The notes under the pieces are model-generated. The model was not told where the DNA came from, did not search any database, and saw only the letters and a program-made list of their open reading frames with translations. Both the position numbers and the translations under genes were made by a program. Positions 15,187 to 25,382 of a stretch of 64,000 nt of DNA are shown piece after piece. The stretch lies in contig CP129474.1 in NCBI GenBank assembly GCA_030583765.1, forward strand, positions 137,709-201,708. Reading direction: 5' to 3'. Position 1 is the stretch's first letter; each line of letters begins with the position of its first letter. This stretch comes from Minisyncoccota bacterium. Its GTDB lineage: Bacteria; Patescibacteriota; Minisyncoccia; 2-02-FULL-40-12; GWA2-44-9.

Positions 15187-16656
15187 TTATTCGTTCTCAT
15201 GTGGCTTCATGAGTGGGAAGAGAATTACTTCCCGCAATGCATGAGAGTCCGTGAGGAGCGCAACAAAGCGATCAAGGCCAATGCCCCAACCCGCGGCGGG
15301 CGGCATACCGTACTCAAGTGCCTGAATGAAATCTTCGTCCAAGCGCTGGGCCTCTTCGTCACCCTTTGCGCGTTGCGTCTCTTGGCCAGCGAATCGCTCT
15401 CGCTGATCAATAGGATCATTGAGCTCGGTGAAGGCTTTAATCAGTTCCAAGCCCCCAGCATAAAACTGGAAGGCGCTTACTACCTCAGGGCGCTCAGGGA
15501 TGCGCTTGGCCAACGGCAAGAGCTCTACGGGGTATTCGATCACGAATGTGGGTTCGATGAGTTTTGGTCGTACCACCTTTTTAAAGAGTTCGTCAGCAAT
15601 ACCTGGCTTTGTCACATGCTTCTCGATAACAACGCCAAGCTTTTTGGCAACCGCGCGCATGTCGTCCTCTGATGCCTCAAGATATGAAACGCCGGTGTGT
15701 TCTTTGAGGAGCTCAAAGAATGTAGCTCGCACAAAGGGACGCATCCAGTGCACGGTAGTTCCTTGGTAGTTTGTCGTGGTACCAAGTTGGAGGGATTCAA
15801 GCACGTGCGCCATGAGATCTTCCGTAAATGTCATCGCCCAGTCCAAATCTTGGAAGGCGGCGTAGAATTCCATAGCCGAAAATTCGGGATTATGGTCTCG
15901 ATCAATACCCTCGTTGCGGAAATTGGTTGTGAACTCACACACGCGCTCAAAACCAGCAACTAAGAGGCGCTTTAAATAGAGCTCTGGAGCGATGCGCAGG
16001 TATAAATCTATATCGAGCGCGTGCATGTGCGTCTTAAATGGACGAGCAGAAGCACCGCCATAGAGCGGTTGAAGCGTTGGCGTTTGTACTTCAATGAACC
16101 CATGCGACTGCATAAAGCTGCGCATCGCTTGCACGATACGGGAGCGCATCACCATCTTTTCGCGTACTTCCGTGTTTAACAGAATATCGAGATAGCGTTT
16201 ACGATAGCGCTCTTCTACATCTTGCAAGCCGTGCCACTTTTCGGGGAGCGGCAAGAGTGTCTTAGTGAGCATGCGCGCACCGCGCACTTCAAGGGTGCGC
16301 TCGCCACGCTTGGTAACAAACACCGTACCCGATGCCTCAATGATATCTCCAATATCGAGCGTCTCGGTCAGAAGCGCGTAGACCTCATCGCCAAGCGCGT
16401 CACGCGTTGCGTGAAGCTGTATGGTGCCACTCGCGTCCATGAGATCTAAAAACATGGCGCCGCCGTGTTCACGACGCGCCATCACGCGGCCGGCGAGCAC
16501 GAGCGGCGTTGCTTCTGCGCTGAGAGAATCAAAAGAATCGAGCACGGCACGAATAGTGTGAGTGCGCGAGGTGCGGGCTGGATATGGGTCTTGATGTGAT
16601 GCGAGAAGATGGGCGCGCTTTGCCACGCGACCATCACGAATGTCGTCCAAAGGCAT
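15187..16656 (-). CDS. lysS: Lysyl-tRNA synthetase (class II)
   Basis: OB-fold anticodon-binding N-terminal domain and class II motifs (FIEVQTP, GGLELIKAFTELNDP, GLGIDR); 489 aa. Confidence 0.9.
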   Translation of the reverse strand: MPLDDIRDGRVAKRAHLLASHQDPYPARTSRTHTIRAVLDSFDSLSAEATPLVLAGRVMARREHGGAMFLDLMDASGTIQLHATRDALGDEVYALLTETLDIGDIIEASGTVFVTKRGERTLEVRGARMLTKTLLPLPEKWHGLQDVEERYRKRYLDILLNTEVREKMVMRSRIVQAMRSFMQSHGFIEVQTPTLQPLYGGASARPFKTHMHALDIDLYLRIAPELYLKRLLVAGFERVCEFTTNFRNEGIDRDHNPEFSAMEFYAAFQDLDWAMTFTEDLMAHVLESLQLGTTTNYQGTTVHWMRPFVRATFFELLKEHTGVSYLEASEDDMRAVAKKLGVVIEKHVTKPGIADELFKKVVRPKLIEPTFVIEYPVELLPLAKRIPERPEVVSAFQFYAGGLELIKAFTELNDPIDQRERFAGQETQRAKGDEEAQRLDEDFIQALEYGMPPAAGWGIGLDRFVALLTDSHALREVILFPLMKPHENE

Positions 16657-16691
16657 ATCGAATATAGTAGCATTTCACTTCCGAATTGCAA

Positions 16692-16716
16692 CGAAAAACC
16701 GCCCGAATGGGCGGCT
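16692..16716 (-). terminator. Rho-independent terminator after greA
   Basis: Minus-strand hairpin GCCGCCC-attc-GGGCGGT followed by TTTTTCGTT, 15 nt after the greA stop. Confidence 0.55.
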
Positions 16717-16730
16717 TCTCTATTTCTACC

Positions 16731-17192
16731 CTACTTTACGTCTACGATCTTATACGTAGTAAGGCCCTTGGGAGTTTTGACGTCGACGGAATCTCCTTTT
16801 TTGCGGCCGAGAAATGCTGAGCCGAGAGGTGATTCATTGGAGATGAAGCCTTGTGCTGGGTCTGATTCTGCAGGGCCAACAATAGTGTAGGTGTGCGAGC
16901 CGTGCTTTGATTCCACCTTTACCGAAGCGCCGACAGCAACGACACCGCCTCGCTTGCGATCGTCATCAATAATTACCGCGTTCTCGAGGATTGCTTTGAG
17001 TTCTTCAATACGGCCCTCGTTAATTGCCTGAGCTTCTTTGGCTTCTGCGTATTCTGCGTTCTCGCTCAGATCGCCCTGCTCCTTTGCCTCGCGAATGCGG
17101 CGCGCGATTTCAGCACGCATCGTTTCTGTGCGTTCAATAAGCTCTTGCTTGAGCTTTTCTAATCCTTCTTTGCTGAAATATTGTGTATCCAT
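16731..17192 (-). CDS. greA: Transcription elongation factor GreA
   Basis: 153 aa; GreA coiled-coil N-terminal domain with conserved acidic tip (DLSENAEY) and C-terminal FKBP-like domain. Confidence 0.85.
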   Translation of the reverse strand: MDTQYFSKEGLEKLKQELIERTETMRAEIARRIREAKEQGDLSENAEYAEAKEAQAINEGRIEELKAILENAVIIDDDRKRGGVVAVGASVKVESKHGSHTYTIVGPAESDPAQGFISNESPLGSAFLGRKKGDSVDVKTPKGLTTYKIVDVK

Positions 17193-17245
17193 AGACGAAA
17201 CCGCCTCTCGGCGGCGCTTTTCTGTTTGCCTATACTACTCCCCTT

Positions 17246-19183
17246 TTACGAAGATGGCAAGGGTTGCGCTGGGGATGCTGGCGATGGGCGCGTAAAGAAC
17301 CACTTTAAAAAGTCGTAGGCGGTTCGGATAGCGTATCCTTCACTATACACCGATGTTTCAACGAGCACAGTAATAGCGACTTTTGGATTTTCTACAGGCG
17401 CAAACGCCGTAAAAAGAGAGTTGATTTTGCCATGCTTCGTCACTTCTGCGGTTCCCGTTTTCGCCGCTGCAGAAACAGGTAAGCCCTGCAAAAGCTTCGC
17501 TGTTCCCGTAAGCACCGTTTCACGCATAGCCTTTTTCATAGCTGCAATGGTAGTACCACTAAAGGGAAGCTTCGTGAGCTCTGTTGGCGCAAACACGGTA
17601 TCGGGAGTGCCGGCACCGTACTGAATGCGTTGCGCCACGCGCGGCTGATACATGACGCCACCATTGGCAATTGCGCTCACATAGGCATTAATCCATAGCG
17701 GCGAGACGGAAAGATCGCCCTGGCCAATGGACACGTTATAGGTATCGCCCTGATACCACGGTTCGCCGCGCTTTTCCTGCTTCCATGCAGACGTTGGCAC
17801 AAACCCAGCGACCTCTCCAGGGAGATCAATGCCGAGAACCTTGTCTGCAAATGCTTTCTGAAGATATGACGCTATGCGCTCGATCCCCAATCCCTGGAAT
17901 GTATCACGCCCACCGCCCACGGTGAAGAAATAAATGTTGCACGATGTTGCGATTGCGCGAGCGAGATTAAATGGCCCATGTTCAGGACGCCAGTTTTCAA
18001 ACACATACGGACGAGAAGGGTTGCTTGGGTTTGGAATAGTAATGTTTACACACTCCCAGATATTGTCAGAGGGGCGAATAATATTCTCTTCTACAGCAGC
18101 CATGCCAATAAATGGCTTAATGGTTGAGCCGGGGTTATACGTGCCGCCAATAACACGATTAAAGAGAGGCTTACGCGAAGACGTAAAAAGGCGCTGATAT
18201 TCCGCTTGTGAAATACCGTCTGCAAACATATTGTTATCGTAAGAAGGGAAGCTCACCATGCCCAACACGGCACCCGTGTGCGGATCCTGTGCGATTGCAG
18301 CAGCACCAGAGACGGCAGCCCCCTGCAGTACGGAAAAGAGACTATTGTAGAGCATTCGCTGTACTTCGGCATCTATCTCAAGCACGACTGTATGCCCGGG
18401 AACAGGGTTCTTTTGTACGCTCTCCTCGCCTCGTGAAAAGGTAATACTTCCATGAGTCCCCCGAAGCTCCTGTTCGTACTGAGCCTCTATGCCGGCGCGG
18501 CCAACGCGATCCGACTGCGCATATGTTGGGTCACGCTCTCGATCAGCAACGGATACGCGAGCTGTGTACCCAAGTATCGTAGAAAATTGCTCGCCATTGA
18601 GGTATGCGCGCTCTGTTGTTGTGATGACGTGCACGCCACTTCCCGTTAATTGTGCTAACTGCACGGTCGCTTCTTTGGGGATGCCTGTTGCGGCAAAAAA
18701 AACATTTTGCGAACGTGCGCGTTCGAGTAGCTGAGGAACGAACACGGACGGATCCTCTTTCAAAATTGTCGCAACGGTCGTAAAAAGCGCCTCTCGCTCA
18801 GTAAGCGTTGCCGGAAGCTCGCGAGATACAATTGCGATTTGAAAACTCGGTGTATTCTTTACGAGAGGAACGCCGGTGCGATCAACAATAGCGCCCCGTG
18901 GCGGACTTACAGAGATCTGTACGGTTCGATTTGCTTCCGCAGCCGCTGAAAGCACCCTATGCTCGTGTATCGCCAGCACCCCAGACGCCACCACAAGAGC
19001 CACAACGACGAGCCCCACCACACTGCGGGCTAACATAAAAATGCGAGCATCCACGGGACGCTCTAAATCTACGTGGCTACTCCCCACATCAACAAGAGTT
19101 TCTTCTGGCGCAACCCAATCTTCGCTATCGAGTGAGATAGCGTACGCACGATTACTGCGCTTAAAAAGTGACCACCAGGCCAT
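17246..19183 (-). CDS. mrdA: Penicillin-binding protein 2 (peptidoglycan D,D-transpeptidase)
   Basis: N-terminal TM; STIKPF (SxxK), SxN and KTGTAE motifs; follows mreBCD. Confidence 0.85.
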   Translation of the reverse strand: MAWWSLFKRSNRAYAISLDSEDWVAPEETLVDVGSSHVDLERPVDARIFMLARSVVGLVVVALVVASGVLAIHEHRVLSAAAEANRTVQISVSPPRGAIVDRTGVPLVKNTPSFQIAIVSRELPATLTEREALFTTVATILKEDPSVFVPQLLERARSQNVFFAATGIPKEATVQLAQLTGSGVHVITTTERAYLNGEQFSTILGYTARVSVADRERDPTYAQSDRVGRAGIEAQYEQELRGTHGSITFSRGEESVQKNPVPGHTVVLEIDAEVQRMLYNSLFSVLQGAAVSGAAAIAQDPHTGAVLGMVSFPSYDNNMFADGISQAEYQRLFTSSRKPLFNRVIGGTYNPGSTIKPFIGMAAVEENIIRPSDNIWECVNITIPNPSNPSRPYVFENWRPEHGPFNLARAIATSCNIYFFTVGGGRDTFQGLGIERIASYLQKAFADKVLGIDLPGEVAGFVPTSAWKQEKRGEPWYQGDTYNVSIGQGDLSVSPLWINAYVSAIANGGVMYQPRVAQRIQYGAGTPDTVFAPTELTKLPFSGTTIAAMKKAMRETVLTGTAKLLQGLPVSAAAKTGTAEVTKHGKINSLFTAFAPVENPKVAITVLVETSVYSEGYAIRTAYDFLKWFFTRPSPASPAQPLPSS

Positions 19184-19192
19184 ACATGCACT

Positions 19193-19717
19193 CTACCCCA
19201 AGTGACGCGAGCGCGCCAGCATCATCCCCAACAACCAGATACAAACGCTCACAAATGCGCTCGCCAACACCCACGACCAGCGGCCCCACAATGCAACCCA
19301 CGCACTGAGCGCGCCCTGAGAGAGGGTGTGAAATAGAAGAGTATCGATAACCCATCCGGTGAATGCCAACGCGTAAGCCCCTACAAGCGCGATGCCTATG
19401 CGAGCAAGTGAAAGAGTGCGCATGTCCGCAATGGGATTCAACACAATCATGGAACGACATGCGGCATACACGGCAAGCATACACAGCGCTGGCACAATAT
19501 ATGTGCCAAATGCCGCACCGAAAACAACTTCATAGAGCCACGCGGCGCCCAGTGTGCGACCCGCCCATTCCACACCACCAAAGAGAATAACGCTCGCGAT
19601 GGCGCTATAGACAATAGGATATGTCAGCGGCACAAGAAATGATGCCGCCCATAAGACCACGCAGGTACTTATGATCAGCACCCACGAGCTACGTAGTGAG
19701 AGAGAGGACGAATACAT
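19193..19717 (-). CDS. mreD: Rod shape-determining protein MreD (putative)
   Basis: Polytopic membrane protein between mreC and mrdA. Start set at M (MYSSSLSL) just after the mreC stop; the longer ORF would overlap mreC by 146 nt. Confidence 0.5.
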   Translation of the reverse strand: MYSSSLSLRSSWVLIISTCVVLWAASFLVPLTYPIVYSAIASVILFGGVEWAGRTLGAAWLYEVVFGAAFGTYIVPALCMLAVYAACRSMIVLNPIADMRTLSLARIGIALVGAYALAFTGWVIDTLLFHTLSQGALSAWVALWGRWSWVLASAFVSVCIWLLGMMLARSRHLG

Positions 19718-19718
19718 A

Positions 19719-20507
19719 TCACAATGTGGGCGGAACGAGAATGAGCACGCGACCATCAAAATCACGTTCGAAAAGTGGCGCAGCACGCACTGATTGAAAT
19801 ACGGCGGCGGCATCGCGTACCACGCTTTCGATAGTCCCAATAACAAGTCCGCCGGGAATAGCATCTGCGCCCGTGGTTACGAGCGTTTCTCCCGTAGCTA
19901 CAGCGTCTTCTATAGAAACTAAATCAAGGCGTAGACCGCGGTCAGCGTCGCCGCGCACAAGGAGATCAACTCCTCCTTCAAGCGTGCGGCCGGCCACAGA
20001 AAAAGCGGGATCCATAATGAGCTGCACCTGCGCATTGGTTTCTGCGACTGAACGCACAACGCCGACGAGCGCTCCCGCTTGGGAAATAACAATTCCGCCC
20101 TCACGCACTCCGTCGCGAGACCCGCGTTGTAAACGCGCCACCATACCATCCCCGTCCATGCGAATTCCCCACAGGCGCGCTTCAACGCGATCATATGTTT
20201 CAGGAATGGGAAGGCGAAGTAATGAGCGTAGGAAAGCGTTCTCGTCAGCAAGATCTTGAGAATTCGCTAGGCGCCCCGAAAGCGACACGATGTGGGCCTG
20301 AAGATCATCTTGGGTCTCGTGTGAAAGGCGCCACTGCCCAACCCAGTGAATCGCACGAGCAACGCCAGGCATATGCGCAATTGCGGGTTCGATGATGCGC
20401 TGAGCAAAACGTTGCAGCGCACCGCCCGTCGCAGCGTTCACGCCTCCCACGAGGACAACACATGCTAATGCAATAGAGAGAGTCCGTATTCCAGAAGATC
20501 GCGCCAT
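19719..20507 (-). CDS. mreC: Rod shape-determining protein MreC
   Basis: N-terminal TM, coiled-coil, beta-rich C-terminal domains; position after mreB. Confidence 0.75.
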   Translation of the reverse strand: MARSSGIRTLSIALACVVLVGGVNAATGGALQRFAQRIIEPAIAHMPGVARAIHWVGQWRLSHETQDDLQAHIVSLSGRLANSQDLADENAFLRSLLRLPIPETYDRVEARLWGIRMDGDGMVARLQRGSRDGVREGGIVISQAGALVGVVRSVAETNAQVQLIMDPAFSVAGRTLEGGVDLLVRGDADRGLRLDLVSIEDAVATGETLVTTGADAIPGGLVIGTIESVVRDAAAVFQSVRAAPLFERDFDGRVLILVPPTL

Positions 20508-20510
20508 TCG

Positions 20511-21572
20511 CTACGATGAGAGCGAAGTGTATGCTTGGCGATCAATCGCCACAAGCATCGAACGCAGCTCATCAATATTTTCTAGTACCATACCACATCC
20601 ACGGGCAACCGCAGTGAGCGGATCGTCGACAATCGTAACGTTCAACTGCGTTTCAGAGGCGATCATTGTATCTAAACCGCGCAGAAGTGCTCCGCCGCCA
20701 GCGAGATAAATCTGCCTATTGATGAGATCGGCGGTAAGCTCGGGGGGCGTCTGCTCAATAGTGTCTTTAATCGCCATGACAATGCTTCTAATGGAACGCT
20801 GCATAGCTTCGCGAATATCGTGAGATGTTACCGCAATCTCTCGTGGCAACCCTGAGACAAGATCTCGTCCACGCACCGTGCCTTTGAGTTCTTCGTGAAG
20901 TGGATGAGCGGAACCAAGGGTGAGTTTTAAATTTTCTGCCGTCGCCTCACCAATGAGTACGTTACGCTCGTCACGCATGTAGCGAATGATATCGTCGATG
21001 AGTTTGTCTCCGGCTATACGCAGAGAGCGCGACGCAATCAAGCCACCCATTGAGATAACAGCGACTTCAGTGGTACCGCCGCCCATGTCTACAATAACAT
21101 TTGCAACAGCTTCCTGTACGGGCAAGCGCGCACCGATTGCCGCAGCCATTGGCTCCTCAATGAGGAATACTTCGCGCGCACCCGCATTGTAGGTCGCATC
21201 CTCAACAGCACGCTTTTCTACTTCCGTTACGCCTGATGGTATCCCCACCACCACGCGTGGACGCGGCAAAAGGGTAAAACCTTCACGATGCACGCGGTCG
21301 ATGAAGTACTTCAGCATCTGCTCTGTTACATCAAAATCAGACACCACTCCATTGACCATGGGGCGAGTAACAACGATATGTCCTGGCGTACGGCCAACCA
21401 TACGACGAGCGCCCTCACCGATGGCGAGGATTTTTCCCGTTTTTTGGTTCAGGGCGACAATCGACGGCTCGTTAATAACAATCCCTTTGCCCCGCACATA
21501 TACGAGGGTATTTGCAGTACCTAAATCAATGCCAATATCTTTTGACCAAAATCCAAAAAATTTGCTGAGCAT
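20511..21572 (-). CDS. mreB: Rod shape-determining protein MreB (actin-like ATPase)
   Basis: GIDLGTANTLVY phosphate-1 motif, DMGGGTTEVAV and LAGGGALLRGLD. Confidence 0.9.
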   Translation of the reverse strand: MLSKFFGFWSKDIGIDLGTANTLVYVRGKGIVINEPSIVALNQKTGKILAIGEGARRMVGRTPGHIVVTRPMVNGVVSDFDVTEQMLKYFIDRVHREGFTLLPRPRVVVGIPSGVTEVEKRAVEDATYNAGAREVFLIEEPMAAAIGARLPVQEAVANVIVDMGGGTTEVAVISMGGLIASRSLRIAGDKLIDDIIRYMRDERNVLIGEATAENLKLTLGSAHPLHEELKGTVRGRDLVSGLPREIAVTSHDIREAMQRSIRSIVMAIKDTIEQTPPELTADLINRQIYLAGGGALLRGLDTMIASETQLNVTIVDDPLTAVARGCGMVLENIDELRSMLVAIDRQAYTSLSS

Positions 21573-21616
21573 GAAAGCACACCAACCCTAGCAGAAACCC
21601 CCCAGAGACGCAAAGA

Positions 21617-22864
21617 TTAGAGAGAGCGGCAGGAATTGAGCAGTTCTTCAAAGGTCACCAGCTCAGGCTCCGACGCATTGCGGCGCTTCATTTCGATAAC
21701 ATCCTGAGCAAGAGTCTTCTCGCTCACCACACAGCGTACAGGGCATCCAATGAGATCAGCGTCGGCAAACTTTTCCCCCGCAGTAGCGTCAACACGGTCG
21801 TCGTAAAGCACTTCGATGCCCTCTTTTACGAGTGCGTGATAGAGCACGTCTGCGCGCTCTGCGACATTCCCCAAAGATACTAAGTGCACGCGGTAAGGCG
21901 CAACGCTCTCGGGCCATACAATACCACGATCGTCATGCGCGATCTCTACAATCGCACCCATGAGTCGAGTAATACCGATGCCATATGAACCCATGTACAC
22001 GGGCACGTCGTTCCCCTCAGCATCTTTGTACGTGAGGTTGAATGGTTCAGAAAATTTAAAGCCCAAGGAAAAGATATTTCCTACTTCAATCGCTTTTGCT
22101 TCCGTGAGCTTCGCGCGATCTACATCAAGATCGGCGAGTACATCATCGGTCATCACTTCTCGGTTCACCGCGATGCCTTTTGCCGCATCAATGTAAATTG
22201 TGTCCTCGCCCGCTTCCGAGAGCGCTTGAAACTCGTGCGAATACTTCGAGAATGTGCCGCCCGACGCAAAAGTGACAAATGTGTGCGCACCAATCCCTAC
22301 GCGATCAAAAATCCGACGATATGCCGCTTTTGCCTGCTCATAGAATACGTCATGCTCCTCTTTATTTTTTGAAAAAGAGTAGAGCGCTTTCCAGTAGAAT
22401 TCCCGGCCACGAAGAATGCCACTCTTTGCACGAGGCTCATTGCGGAAAATAGTTTTGAAATCGTACGGATATATTGGGAGATCTTTATATGAACTAACAA
22501 AATTTTTGACAATCGCAGAATAGGCCTCTTCATTGGTAAACGAAAGCCCGACCTCACCGCCACTTTTAAGCGTTGTCTTAAACCAGTTGTCGACGACCTC
22601 ATCGCTCCAGCGTCCCGTTTTTTCCCATACTTCTTTATTTTGCAAAACAGACGTGCGCATTTGCACGCCACCAATGGCATCCATTTCTTCCGCAACGATG
22701 CGCACAATTTTTTCAAGAACGCGAAGACCAAGTGGCAAGATGCTATAAACACCGGCCATCTCTTTATGCACAAAACCGGCGCGGACTAACAACTGTGCAT
22801 TGATGGCGGTTTCATCGGCTGGAGCGTGCCGCAACGTTTTGGTAAGTAGTTTTGAGAATCGCAT
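21617..22864 (-). CDS. proS: Prolyl-tRNA synthetase (archaeal/eukaryote-like type)
   Basis: Class II motifs, no editing insertion. Start set at M9 (MRFSKLL) to avoid overlap with rseP. Confidence 0.85.
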   Translation of the reverse strand: MRFSKLLTKTLRHAPADETAINAQLLVRAGFVHKEMAGVYSILPLGLRVLEKIVRIVAEEMDAIGGVQMRTSVLQNKEVWEKTGRWSDEVVDNWFKTTLKSGGEVGLSFTNEEAYSAIVKNFVSSYKDLPIYPYDFKTIFRNEPRAKSGILRGREFYWKALYSFSKNKEEHDVFYEQAKAAYRRIFDRVGIGAHTFVTFASGGTFSKYSHEFQALSEAGEDTIYIDAAKGIAVNREVMTDDVLADLDVDRAKLTEAKAIEVGNIFSLGFKFSEPFNLTYKDAEGNDVPVYMGSYGIGITRLMGAIVEIAHDDRGIVWPESVAPYRVHLVSLGNVAERADVLYHALVKEGIEVLYDDRVDATAGEKFADADLIGCPVRCVVSEKTLAQDVIEMKRRNASEPELVTFEELLNSCRSL

Positions 22865-22868
22865 ATCG

Positions 22869-23954
22869 TTAAAGTAATTGCATAACATCGCGAACTGTAA
22901 TCAGAATCATCGCAAGGATAAGAACGAGAAATCCAATACCATTTACGAGCCCTTCGGTAGTGTGCGCAAGCGGAACGCCGCGCATTTTTTCAATCGCGAG
23001 AAAAAGAATACGACCACCGTCAAGCGCTGGGAACGGAAATGCATTTAAGACCGCGAGATTGATAGAAATCATGGCAACGAATTGGATGAGATAGTCCCAA
23101 CCAACACGAGCCGCTTGGCCCGTAAGAGACGCGATGCCGATTGGTCCAGAAAGATCCGCACCTACATTGCCAGTCGTAACCAGCCTCGCCAGTACACCCG
23201 CGTAACCCTGTACCGTTGCCCAAGTGAGGCGTACCGCATCAGCCACTCCGCGGAACGGAGCTTCGTACCAAGGGTGGGACACTTTGCCGATCAGCAGTGG
23301 AGAGATGCCCAGCGGACCCTGCCCGGCAGGAGGATCTGCCCGGAGCGCAACATCGCGTACCAGCGTTTCATCCCCACGACGCACCGTGAATTGAACCGTC
23401 TTTCCTTTGTATTCGTTGGTGAACGTCTGCACATCCGCCGCAGTAGTAATCGGCTGCACTATGTGCTCGTACTGCGCCGATACAAGGACATCGAGCGTAC
23501 GCATACCGGCTGCATCCGCTGGACTTTCAGGGGCTACGCGCGCGATATATACCGCTTTTTGCGTAGCGTCTGCGAGCGCCTGCGGATCAGCTTCGTCCAA
23601 GGCAGTGCGCACGCCAACCGCATTATTCACCATCAAAAGCACCGCTGCGAGCACAAAATTCATCACAATACCTGCAACAAGAACAGCGAAGCGCTGCCAT
23701 GCGGTCCCTGACGAAAAGCTCCGAGGAGCGCTTGCGTGCTCTCCATCTTCCCCAAACACCTTCACAAAGCCGCCAAACGGTATCCAGTTAATTGAGTAAA
23801 CGGTCTCGCCACGTCGTACGCCCCACAGGCGCGGAGGAAACCCGAAACCGAATTCCTCAACACGCATTCCGGCACGCTTCGCCATGACAAAATGCCCCAA
23901 TTCATGGATGAAAATGAGTACACTGATAACGAGAATAAAGAGAATGGCCGTCAT
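22869..23954 (-). CDS. rseP: RIP metalloprotease RseP (site-2 protease, M50 with PDZ)
   Basis: HELGHFVMAK zinc motif, internal PDZ region, C-terminal LDGG motif. Confidence 0.8.
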   Translation of the reverse strand: MTAILFILVISVLIFIHELGHFVMAKRAGMRVEEFGFGFPPRLWGVRRGETVYSINWIPFGGFVKVFGEDGEHASAPRSFSSGTAWQRFAVLVAGIVMNFVLAAVLLMVNNAVGVRTALDEADPQALADATQKAVYIARVAPESPADAAGMRTLDVLVSAQYEHIVQPITTAADVQTFTNEYKGKTVQFTVRRGDETLVRDVALRADPPAGQGPLGISPLLIGKVSHPWYEAPFRGVADAVRLTWATVQGYAGVLARLVTTGNVGADLSGPIGIASLTGQAARVGWDYLIQFVAMISINLAVLNAFPFPALDGGRILFLAIEKMRGVPLAHTTEGLVNGIGFLVLILAMILITVRDVMQLL

Positions 23955-24511
23955 TACGATTGCATGAGCTCCTGCTCTTTAGCCCGCGCGAGGGTATCAA
24001 TTTTTTCGTGCAGCTCATCGACTACTTTCTGCACCGCATCTTTTGCATGGCGGAGGTCGTCTTCACGCGCCTCTTTCTCGCGCACTGCGGTCTGTACTTT
24101 TTTGAGAATATCCTCTCGCACTTGGCGAATACGGATGCGAGCCTCTTCCATTTTACTATGAAGCGTGCGCACCAATTCCTTGCGACGCTCCTCCGTGAGT
24201 GGCGGAATGTTGAGCCTGACGGTCGTCCCATCGACGACCGGATTCAGACCAAGCGTACTTGCGCGGATTCCCGCTTCAATAGCAGACAGGGCGCCCTTGT
24301 CCCATGGCTGAATGAAAATCGTGCGCGGCTCAGGCACGGTAATGCTCGCAAGCTCTTTAACCGTAAGTCGGGAACCGAGATATTCTACCGGAATGTCAGA
24401 CACAATACTGCTGTGAGCGCGTCCCGTGCGCAATGCAGCAGCCTCCTGCTGTGCAAAGGTAAAAATACTATCAAAATCCTTCTTTTTTGACTGAATGAGT
24501 GCTTGATACAT
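23954..24511 (-). CDS. frr: Ribosome recycling factor
   Basis: 185 aa, characteristic RRF sequence (LRTGRA...VRLNIPPLTEERRKEL). Confidence 0.9.
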   Translation of the reverse strand: MYQALIQSKKKDFDSIFTFAQQEAAALRTGRAHSSIVSDIPVEYLGSRLTVKELASITVPEPRTIFIQPWDKGALSAIEAGIRASTLGLNPVVDGTTVRLNIPPLTEERRKELVRTLHSKMEEARIRIRQVREDILKKVQTAVREKEAREDDLRHAKDAVQKVVDELHEKIDTLARAKEQELMQS

Positions 24512-24549
24512 ACCCGCCTAGTGTATCAGAGGCGCGCCAGAAACAAAAG

Positions 24550-25377
24550 TCAGAAACTCAAGAGAAAGCTTTCAAGCGCAATCCGCTGATTCGCATTTGA
24601 AAATCGCGCGCTCTCTGCAAGATCAATAAGGCCGCGCAAAACATGGGGACGCGAAGCAAACATCGAAGGGTTCCGGTGTGCAGCCGCGACCCACACATCA
24701 AGAGCATCGGAAAGCGCCCCGTCGGCGATGAGCTTTTGGGCATATAAAAGTCTCTCTGCGGCCCCTTCTTTCTGAAGACGCTCAAACGCATCAGCATGAG
24801 CACAAAGAGCCTCAAGCGTACCGTTGGCATGCACGCGCTTTACCCATCCGATACGACCGCATGCAATTGAGACTGCCCGTTCACGATCTTTCGCGCTCAA
24901 TGATGTTATCTCGGGGAGCGCTGCGATGACACTATCAGCGTGCGCAGCAAACGATTCAGGCACGCACCGAGAGCGAATGGTGGGAAGTACTGAACCAATA
25001 TTATGAGTGATGCCAATAAAAAGTACGTGTCCACGCGGCTCTTCAAGTGTTTTGAGGAGCGCTGGCGCTGCCTCGCGACTCAATAATTCAATACCGTCAA
25101 TGATAATGCACAAAGGGCCTTGGATAGCAGCCAATGTTGTGAGTGGGATGATGTTGCGAATATCTTGTACTGAGATTGTTTGATTACCCTCTTCGTCATT
25201 CGGGGCGATCATAATCCGTCCGCCAGGGTCGGGTTGTACGCGCTCGATAACCTCAAGCGCAAATGTGCGCTTTCCAATCCCCTCAAGGCCCGACCACAAA
25301 AAAGCGTGCGCTCCGCCACTCAACCCCTGCTCCCAACGCTTCTTGTGAGTTTCAAACCCAATAGTACGCCAAGGCAT
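24550..25377 (-). CDS. holB: DNA polymerase III delta-prime subunit-like clamp-loader protein
   Basis: P-loop-like GLEGIGKRT, DxxxLL box (IIDGIELL) and the SRC sensor (TIRSRC). Confidence 0.6.
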   Translation of the reverse strand: MPWRTIGFETHKKRWEQGLSGGAHAFLWSGLEGIGKRTFALEVIERVQPDPGGRIMIAPNDEEGNQTISVQDIRNIIPLTTLAAIQGPLCIIIDGIELLSREAAPALLKTLEEPRGHVLFIGITHNIGSVLPTIRSRCVPESFAAHADSVIAALPEITSLSAKDRERAVSIACGRIGWVKRVHANGTLEALCAHADAFERLQKEGAAERLLYAQKLIADGALSDALDVWVAAAHRNPSMFASRPHVLRGLIDLAESARFSNANQRIALESFLLSF

Positions 25378-25382
25378 AGTGG

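Noticed and set aside
22297-22773. 158-aa minus-strand ORF inside proS
   Set aside because: Same strand as proS but in a different frame, wholly contained in it; Lys/Arg-rich with no motif. Spurious.
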